A stretch of DNA of 64,000 nt, from contig JAFGGO010000114.1 in the NCBI GenBank assembly GCA_016930515.1, positions 1 through 64,000 on the forward strand, read 5' to 3'. The notes below the pieces were generated by a model, which made no database searches, had not been told where the DNA came from, and worked only from the letters and a program-made list of their open reading frames with translations. A program made the position numbers and the translations under genes. Shown here piece by piece: positions 58,001 to 64,000 of this stretch; the stretch's first letter is position 1; each line of letters starts with the position of its first letter. This DNA comes from Promethearchaeota archaeon. Lineage in GTDB: Archaea; Asgardarchaeota; Lokiarchaeia; Sigyniarchaeales; SOKP01.

Positions 58001-58261
58001 ATGGAGATTTTCATAACTTATATTTCAATGGGACTGTCATTAGTTTTAATTATCGGATTCTTATACTTGTTGTTTTCTAATAAATCGCTTAAAAAGCGAT
58101 TGGAGGATATTAAAAACGATATAGACCTTTCAACTGCGATTTACGAGATAAACGACGAAAGACAGAATAAATTTAAGAAAGCACCTCCCTTGAAAGCGAA
58201 ATTAAAAACAGAGGTCGAAGACTCATGTCAATTATCGTTAGATTTTTTTTTCAAAAAATAG
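58001..58261 (+). CDS. Single-pass membrane microprotein with C-terminal PIP box
   Basis: TM at residues 3-25, charged linker, terminal QLSLDFFFKK. Confidence 0.65.
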   Translation: MEIFITYISMGLSLVLIIGFLYLLFSNKSLKKRLEDIKNDIDLSTAIYEINDERQNKFKKAPPLKAKLKTEVEDSCQLSLDFFFKK

Positions 58262-58402
58262 TGGTGCTTGCTCAAACAAGTTTATTTATAAAACTTCATT
58301 ACCTATAAGGAAAGAAAATCACATCTATCTATATTTATTTGGTGGTGTAAAATTCGATATATTGAATACCAAGTCGTTTTAGGAGATTCTCCCGGAAGGT
58401 TA

Positions 58403-59449
58403 GTGGTAGAAGACATCAAGAAAGTTGCAAGTAAGGGAGAAAAAAAGGAGCAAGCACCATTACCTCAAGAACAAAAGAATGTCTTATATGGAGAAGGTAT
58501 AATCCATCCGCTCTCTGAAGAGACTTATCTTTGGACCTATTCCCTAATCTATAGGAACAAGAATTTCGATGTCATAAAGTTTAAATCAAGCTGGTCCTGG
58601 AAGGCCGATCCAGAAGGTGTTCAAGACTTAGTTATGGACAAGGCTTCTCATGTAGGTGTCGTTGCAGGTGTGTTTTTCATAATGATTGACGATCAAGTCG
58701 AGGAGAACTTTTCAAAGCTAGCAGATATGATGGATGCATTTATTGAAAAAACCAGCTCGCAAGAAGCCCCATTTATCGTGTATGGATTGATAGAAAACAA
58801 GCAGAAAATCGCTGAACTCAAAACTAATAAGGACCAACTAAAGAACTTGTCAGATGTGAAAAACTGGGTGCAAAAAAACGGGGGAGAGTTTCGACTCGAA
58901 AATCTAACTGAAATACAGGCAAATATCCAATATTTGGTCTCAGATTACACGCACTTCATCTTGACGAGCACAAAAGCAACAACTAGCTATCCTGGACTTA
59001 AAATAGGAGAGGTTCATTTCTTGGATTACGAAGACCTTAGCGCCTTACAAGAAATCGAAAAAGCCTTAAAGGAACAACTTAAAGCGGGTGAAACCGTGGA
59101 TAATTTGCTTTCCCAACTGTTTTTCAAGTACCTCAAAAAAATAGAGTTCAAAGAGGAGATATTCGAACGACCCGTTGAAGTCGTGGAAGCAAGCGTGCCT
59201 ACAATAGAACCAGGGGTACCGCCCCCCTCTAAAATCAAGATAATTTTAGAGGAAATTCGAAGAGGGATCAGGCGCCAATGTCCCAAGTGTTTTAACTCGG
59301 ACAGGGAAATGATACGAGAAGTGATTGATCACGATAACTTGATATACGACTTTGGGACCGATAAGATTTATGGATTTAAATACATCTGCGGACAGTGCGG
59401 TCACGAGTGGAAAACTGAAAAAGATTGGGCTTCCGAAACGGTTGATTAA
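58403..59449 (+). CDS. Hypothetical protein: degenerate GTPase-like alpha/beta domain + C-terminal Zn ribbon
   Basis: GVFFIMID...ENFSKLADMMDAF...APFIVYG segment; RRQCPKC...YICGQCGHEW. Confidence 0.75.
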   Translation: MVEDIKKVASKGEKKEQAPLPQEQKNVLYGEGIIHPLSEETYLWTYSLIYRNKNFDVIKFKSSWSWKADPEGVQDLVMDKASHVGVVAGVFFIMIDDQVEENFSKLADMMDAFIEKTSSQEAPFIVYGLIENKQKIAELKTNKDQLKNLSDVKNWVQKNGGEFRLENLTEIQANIQYLVSDYTHFILTSTKATTSYPGLKIGEVHFLDYEDLSALQEIEKALKEQLKAGETVDNLLSQLFFKYLKKIEFKEEIFERPVEVVEASVPTIEPGVPPPSKIKIILEEIRRGIRRQCPKCFNSDREMIREVIDHDNLIYDFGTDKIYGFKYICGQCGHEWKTEKDWASETVD

Positions 59450-59522
59450 TGATCGAAACCTTTTTAATTCTTTTTTAATGTTTTATCGTACGCATTTTCA
59501 CTTCTTATTTTAAAGTAAATGG

Positions 59523-60704
59523 GTGTTAAGAATTAAAGTCACATACGCAGATAGGATTGGCAGGCTCCCTAAATACATTTTTGCCGCCATCGAAGAATTA
59601 AAAGCTGAAAAAAAAAGGGAAGGTATTGATCTCATTCTTTTAGGAATAGGAGACCCAGACCTCACGACGCCAGAATTCATCGTAAACGAGTTGATCGAGC
59701 AGGTCAAGCGCCCTGAAAATCAAAATTATCCCACTAGTATGGGTGAGCAAGACTTTCGAGAAGCTGTTTCGAGATGGTATAAGGTACGATTTGGCTTGGA
59801 TCTCGACTCTGGAAAAGAAGTGACGCACTTGTTAGGGGGAAAAGAAGGAATCGCCAACATTGCGCGCGCGTTCGTGAATCCAGGAGACGTGGTACTCTGT
59901 CCAAATCCGGGATATCCCGTATACGAGAACGGAGCAACGAAATTATGCGACGGAAATCCGTATATAATGCCCTTAACAAAAGAAAACGAATTCCTTCCAG
60001 ACTTGGACGCGATTGATAAAAGGGTGCTTAAAAGGATTAAAATGATGTACTTGAATTACCCGAACAACCCAACGGGCGCAATTGCCCCCATGGAGTTCCT
60101 AAAAAAGGCATCCGATTTTGCCGAAGACAACGGATTTTTCATCGTTTACGATAATCCTTATTCCGAGTTTACATTCGACGATTATATTGCCCCTTCAATC
60201 CTTCAAGTATCTGAAAACCATGTGGAAATAAACAGTGTCTCTAAGATGTTTAATATGACGGGATTTCGATGCGGGTGGGCAGCAGGAAATTCGGATATTG
60301 TCGAAGGTTTACGAAAGGTCAAGTCCCAAATCGATTCAGGAGGATCAATATTCATACAAAAAGCGGTTATAAAAGGACTTGACCAATACACTTCCGAAAA
60401 AAAACCTGAGATCGTGCAAAAAAATATGAAAATCTACGAAGAACGACGAGACATACTCGTCAATGGATTGAACGATATGGGCTGGAAGACCGAAAAACCA
60501 GTAGCGACGTTTTATGTGTGGACACCTATTCCAGAAGGAGAGAAAGATGACATGGAATTCGTCAAAAAGCTCATTAATGTTGGCGTTGTTATAACGCCAG
60601 GAGTGGGGTTTGGAGAACACGGAAAAGGATTCGTGAGGTTTGCCTTGACTCAACCTATTGAGAAGATAAAAGAGGCCTTGGAAAGAATTTCTAAAGTCAT
60701 CTAA
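59523..60704 (+). CDS. PLP-dependent class I/II aminotransferase, LL-diaminopimelate aminotransferase-like
   Basis: LGIGDPD, GGKEGIAN, PNPGYPVY, LNYPNNPTGA, YDNPYSE, SVSKMFNMTGFRCG, TPGVGFG..G.GFVRFAL. Confidence 0.9.
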   Translation: MLRIKVTYADRIGRLPKYIFAAIEELKAEKKREGIDLILLGIGDPDLTTPEFIVNELIEQVKRPENQNYPTSMGEQDFREAVSRWYKVRFGLDLDSGKEVTHLLGGKEGIANIARAFVNPGDVVLCPNPGYPVYENGATKLCDGNPYIMPLTKENEFLPDLDAIDKRVLKRIKMMYLNYPNNPTGAIAPMEFLKKASDFAEDNGFFIVYDNPYSEFTFDDYIAPSILQVSENHVEINSVSKMFNMTGFRCGWAAGNSDIVEGLRKVKSQIDSGGSIFIQKAVIKGLDQYTSEKKPEIVQKNMKIYEERRDILVNGLNDMGWKTEKPVATFYVWTPIPEGEKDDMEFVKKLINVGVVITPGVGFGEHGKGFVRFALTQPIEKIKEALERISKVI

Positions 60705-60750
60705 TTAAAATTATTTTAAGTTTAATTTTTACTTAAGAAAATAAATACTT

Positions 60751-61242
60751 TTATTCTTTAAGTCTTCGAAGAGTTTCTTCCAAGATTTTTATTACTTGTT
60801 TCTTATAAGAGTCCTGTTCAAGATAATTATAACTAAAAGTTTTCCAATGAGGTCGCTTATGGCCAATTTTAAATTTAACGCCGTTCATTTCGGTCATATA
60901 CGAATTTGCATCGAGCTTGGTTGCAATTTGATCAGCTATTATATACCAATGATATTTTGTTTGGACATTTGCTCCCGAATTAAAAGGTGCTATATGCATT
61001 CTTGATTTCAAGCTATTGAAGGAAAAGCTCCATTGATTAGGACTCAATTTCGTTTCGTGCCACTTGCCGTTATTGTAATTCCAGTTATGTGAATGCCCAA
61101 TCGTCATTCCAGAATATGTGGAGTTATTATACGATTTTAACTTGTTATAACTATCCTTTCTAGGTTGATTTTTTTTATATTTTTGACATGTTAGATTTTG
61201 ATGTTTTAAGAGTATCATGTTATCTATTTGTTCGTCCGACAT
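60751..61242 (-). CDS. Conserved hypothetical protein (W/H/Y-rich, basic)
   Basis: YSGMTIGHSHNWNY..GKWHETK, YHWYIIADQ.ATKLDANSYMT.M.GVKFKIGHKR resembles an uncharacterised family I recall from bacteria. Confidence 0.75.
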   Translation of the reverse strand: MSDEQIDNMILLKHQNLTCQKYKKNQPRKDSYNKLKSYNNSTYSGMTIGHSHNWNYNNGKWHETKLSPNQWSFSFNSLKSRMHIAPFNSGANVQTKYHWYIIADQIATKLDANSYMTEMNGVKFKIGHKRPHWKTFSYNYLEQDSYKKQVIKILEETLRRLKE

Positions 61243-61429
61243 ATAATAGATACTGTTTGAATCTCTATTAAAAGGGTAGAGGCATCTAGATTTTCGATTT
61301 TTGAAGAATTTATAATTTTTTTAGATGCATTCAAATGAATCTTACTAACATTAAACATAGTGCCGATTATTTCCTTATAAATTAAAATGAAATCGTCGGG
61401 TATGAAAACAGAATAAAAAACAGAAAAAA

Positions 61430-61627
61430 CTAAGAAAGTTTTCGATATTTCTTTCTTAGATGGGCATTTTTGATCTCGTCTTCAATTTGAGTGAAAAGAC
61501 CAGAAGGTTTAAATTCCTTGCTCGTAGTTTCAAGCACCATTTCGTTTTGGTTGTCCTTAGTCCTCTCTTCTTCAGAGAGCTGTTTTTCTCCTTCTTTTTC
61601 GTAAAAATCCGTGGACATTCTCTCCAT
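61430..61627 (-). CDS. Small hypothetical protein
   Basis: Charged C-terminal 65 aa of the track ORF 61430-61831 looks coding; start uncertain (61627 or 61618). Confidence 0.45.
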   Translation of the reverse strand: MERMSTDFYEKEGEKQLSEEERTKDNQNEMVLETTSKEFKPSGLFTQIEDEIKNAHLRKKYRKLS

Positions 61628-61892
61628 TTTCTCGCACTTGCTGTGGTTTTCGCTTGTCAAATAATTGAATTCTTGTAAATTAAGGTCGAAACGAATATTT
61701 AAACGTTCTGAATTAGATTTTATCAACGATTTTATCTCAATCCTCATAGCATGGTAAAGCCTTATAATCTTTGTTTGGTATATTAATCTATTAAAAAACA
61801 AAAATTGGTCTCCTTTTGATTTAAAAAGCAAAGGAAAGATATATAATATAAGCGGGCGTTATTGTTTCCGTGATAGATTCGGTGAAAATCTC

Positions 61893-62837
61893 ATGAAATC
61901 AAGTGCATTTGATAAAGATGAATCAGTTTACAAGAGAAGAATGAAATATATTTGGAAGTTTTTCTGGTTTTCAATATTTTTATTCGTGTTTCCCTTAATC
62001 TCAGGCATTGTTGGTGGTTTAACCATTAATTTCGTTATTGGCGATGGTTACATTGCATTTTGCATAGGTTTCATGATCGCAATTTTTGTTGGGATATATT
62101 TTTATAGGCATTACGATAAGTACAGAAATAATCCCTTTTTTACGAACCAAAAAAAAAACTTGAGATCCCGAATTGATATTGCGTTTATAATTTCCATTAC
62201 ATCATTGCTTGTTCCGTTCATGATAAATATTGTTAGTTTCTTGCTTGTCAAGCTTTATCTATTTGAAGCATACGCCTTAATTTCGTATATATTAATCTAT
62301 CCGTCCGTTTTTATCTATAATTTTTACAAACCCATTGATTACTACAATCCATCTGATAAGGAGTTTAAAAATAGCAAGAGTTTCAAACTTTCAATGAAAA
62401 TGATTTATAACAACATATATCTTGTGAATTATGTTGTTAACATCCTATTCCTCGGAATATTCATCCGATTGCGATTTTTTTATTCTTCCTTAATCTTGAT
62501 TTATGCTATATTCTATTTCATCACCATTTTCAACACAAAAAAAGAGCGAAATAGAATTTTGAAGTTAATGGAAAGAGAGGAAGATTTCTTAAAATCATTG
62601 ATATCATTTAAAAAAAATATGACTAAAGCAATAATTGGATTGATTTTCAGTATAGTCGTTTTCGGCTCGATCGTTGTTATTATTGAACAAGGTACCTTAC
62701 CAAGTATTTTCTATGGTTCACTGTTGGTAATTACTGGCATCTTGTTGTTATATAAAACGATTAATTATGTGAACATACATTTTGAAAGCGTTCTTTCTTA
62801 TTTAGAAAATCCCATCAAAGGAGATGATCTTTCGTGA
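61893..62837 (+). CDS. Polytopic membrane protein
   Basis: About 8 TM helices, F/I/L/Y-rich. Confidence 0.75.
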   Translation: MKSSAFDKDESVYKRRMKYIWKFFWFSIFLFVFPLISGIVGGLTINFVIGDGYIAFCIGFMIAIFVGIYFYRHYDKYRNNPFFTNQKKNLRSRIDIAFIISITSLLVPFMINIVSFLLVKLYLFEAYALISYILIYPSVFIYNFYKPIDYYNPSDKEFKNSKSFKLSMKMIYNNIYLVNYVVNILFLGIFIRLRFFYSSLILIYAIFYFITIFNTKKERNRILKLMEREEDFLKSLISFKKNMTKAIIGLIFSIVVFGSIVVIIEQGTLPSIFYGSLLVITGILLLYKTINYVNIHFESVLSYLENPIKGDDLS

Positions 62838-64000
62838 ATGATTCTACCGATAGATTAAATAAATACAAGAAATACAATTCTCTTTTAACCGGATTACTCA
62901 TTGCAAGCTTTCTATCGTTCTCTTTCTTAGAACTTATTTTATTAGGGAGCTTTATCTTATTTATCGTACAAGTTTCATTAGTTGCTCCGTTAATCTACTT
63001 ATTAGCATACATCGAACACGAACGCCATTTAAGCAACAATAAAGAGAATATAGCCACTTATTTGGTAAACACGATAAGTCTAATAACGGGAATAATTTTT
63101 GGACTTTTAGGATTTCTTCCTTTTAACGTGCAAATCGTCATTTTTTGTATTTTCATGCTTTTCAGCTTTGAAGGATTCGTGAGAATTGGTTTTTTCAGAA
63201 AGGAAACGATAATATGGTTTCAAGATATTTTAGCAATGATAGTATATCTCCTAATCACATATTCTTTCGGGTATCCCGCAATTGAAAGTGCAATCTTAAA
63301 TACATTTCATTCCCAAATCTTAGAAACCGCAACTATCATATTAGTTAATGGCATGATAATCTCTGGAATGTTTTTGCTTTCTTTTTATCTTTTATCTATT
63401 AGAAAGGCTTGGAAAAACGAAGCGAGGGTATTTCACTTGTTAATAACGATAAATTTCTTGATATTAGAAACTTTTGCGTTTGTGTATATTAATTTGTGGT
63501 TTTATTATTCTTATCAAATAACCGCTTTCTTAAACTCCTTGGTTTTAAGCATCGTTTTCTTTCCCACGATCTTGTTACTTTTCTTGTTTCTAAACTGGAC
63601 GATAAAGATATTTTCGTACGATAGATTTAAGATATATTTTTATAACGCCCTTTGGTTCCAAGTTTTTACCGTTTTAGGCTTAATTGAAGTAATTCTAATT
63701 AACGACATCCAAGGAATATTGTTTTGGATCATGTTGGATGTCTTGCTTTTCTTTATCGTTTTAAATTTCATCTTAAAACTAGGGAATTCTTTGGGGAAAA
63801 TAAATAATATGACTAAAAGCACTTTTAAGACCATATTTTCCATTGTTCTGGTCTTTGAATTTCTTGTTTTATCGTTTCTCTTGTTATCGCAGATAGTATT
63901 GATAAAAATCCTTGCTCCCATTGATAATATCATCGTGTCGTCTTATATCGCACTAATATTCATGACTACACTAGCCAACGCGTTGTCCATAGAAGAGAAA
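62834..64000 (+). CDS. Large polytopic membrane protein (3'-truncated by the window; not in the ORF track)
   Basis: GTG 62834 overlaps the upstream TGA (GTGA), with SD GGAG. Frame stays open for 389 codons to the window end (MNDSTDRLNKYKKYNSLLTGLLIASF...), with about 11 TM helices. Confidence 0.8.
   Translation, partial: MNDSTDRLNKYKKYNSLLTGLLIASFLSFSFLELILLGSFILFIVQVSLVAPLIYLLAYIEHERHLSNNKENIATYLVNTISLITGIIFGLLGFLPFNVQIVIFCIFMLFSFEGFVRIGFFRKETIIWFQDILAMIVYLLITYSFGYPAIESAILNTFHSQILETATIILVNGMIISGMFLLSFYLLSIRKAWKNEARVFHLLITINFLILETFAFVYINLWFYYSYQITAFLNSLVLSIVFFPTILLLFLFLNWTIKIFSYDRFKIYFYNALWFQVFTVLGLIEVILINDIQGILFWIMLDVLLFFIVLNFILKLGNSLGKINNMTKSTFKTIFSIVLVFEFLVLSFLLLSQIVLIKILAPIDNIIVSSYIALIFMTTLANALSIEEK

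Noticed and set aside
395-63933. Many 60-150 aa ORFs overlapping or antisense to long genes (e.g. 782-1057, 11946-12401, 17808-18200, 27798-28292, 46323-46649, 63640-63933)
   Set aside because: They are shadows of well-supported genes, with the F/S/L/I bias expected from the reverse strand of E/K-rich coding DNA and no motifs.
1-64000. tRNA, rRNA, CRISPR array, transposase/integrase
   Set aside because: No cloverleaf, regularly spaced repeats or DDE/tyrosine recombinase motifs found by eye. A tRNAscan/Infernal run would be needed to exclude small RNAs.
1-64000. Selenoprotein (UGA) recoding / SECIS, known in Lokiarchaeia
   Set aside because: The TGA stops I checked end complete proteins, and I found no convincing AUGA...GA SECIS hairpin.

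Overview
AT-rich archaeal chromosomal DNA, almost certainly an Asgard archaeon of the Lokiarchaeia/Promethearchaeota type. Archaeal markers are a proteasome alpha subunit, RFC, PolB2, TrmB and a CdrS-like RHH. Eukaryotic-signature proteins are a Rab-like GTPase, a longin-like protein, a V4R protein, a gelsolin-domain rod and a TIR-LRR protein, and there are Loki-CTERM-type surface proteins. Housekeeping blocks are pyk, a bacterial-type grpE-dnaK-dnaJ-clpB operon, pepT, a three-gene RFC operon, an ABC exporter, acyl-CoA ligases, a DUF2284/corrinoid/RACo trio and a split PolB2 damage-tolerance module. I saw no rRNA, tRNA, CRISPR array or transposase. The most interesting candidates are: (1) an AbrB-type DNA-binding domain fused to an acyl-CoA ligase that has lost its catalytic lysine, a probable fatty-acid/acyl-CoA-sensing transcription factor; (2) an 86-aa single-pass membrane protein ending in a canonical PCNA-binding PIP box; (3) a PKD-TM-RING-like receptor translationally coupled to a winged-helix regulator; (4) a corrinoid/RACo operon with DUF2284 where a methyltransferase is expected; (5) a gelsolin domain on a 123-aa-repeat helical rod with a head-less paralog; and (6) a near-consensus bacterial sigma70 promoter overlapping a TATA box upstream of the chaperone operon. 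All family calls come from motifs read by eye, not from database searches.
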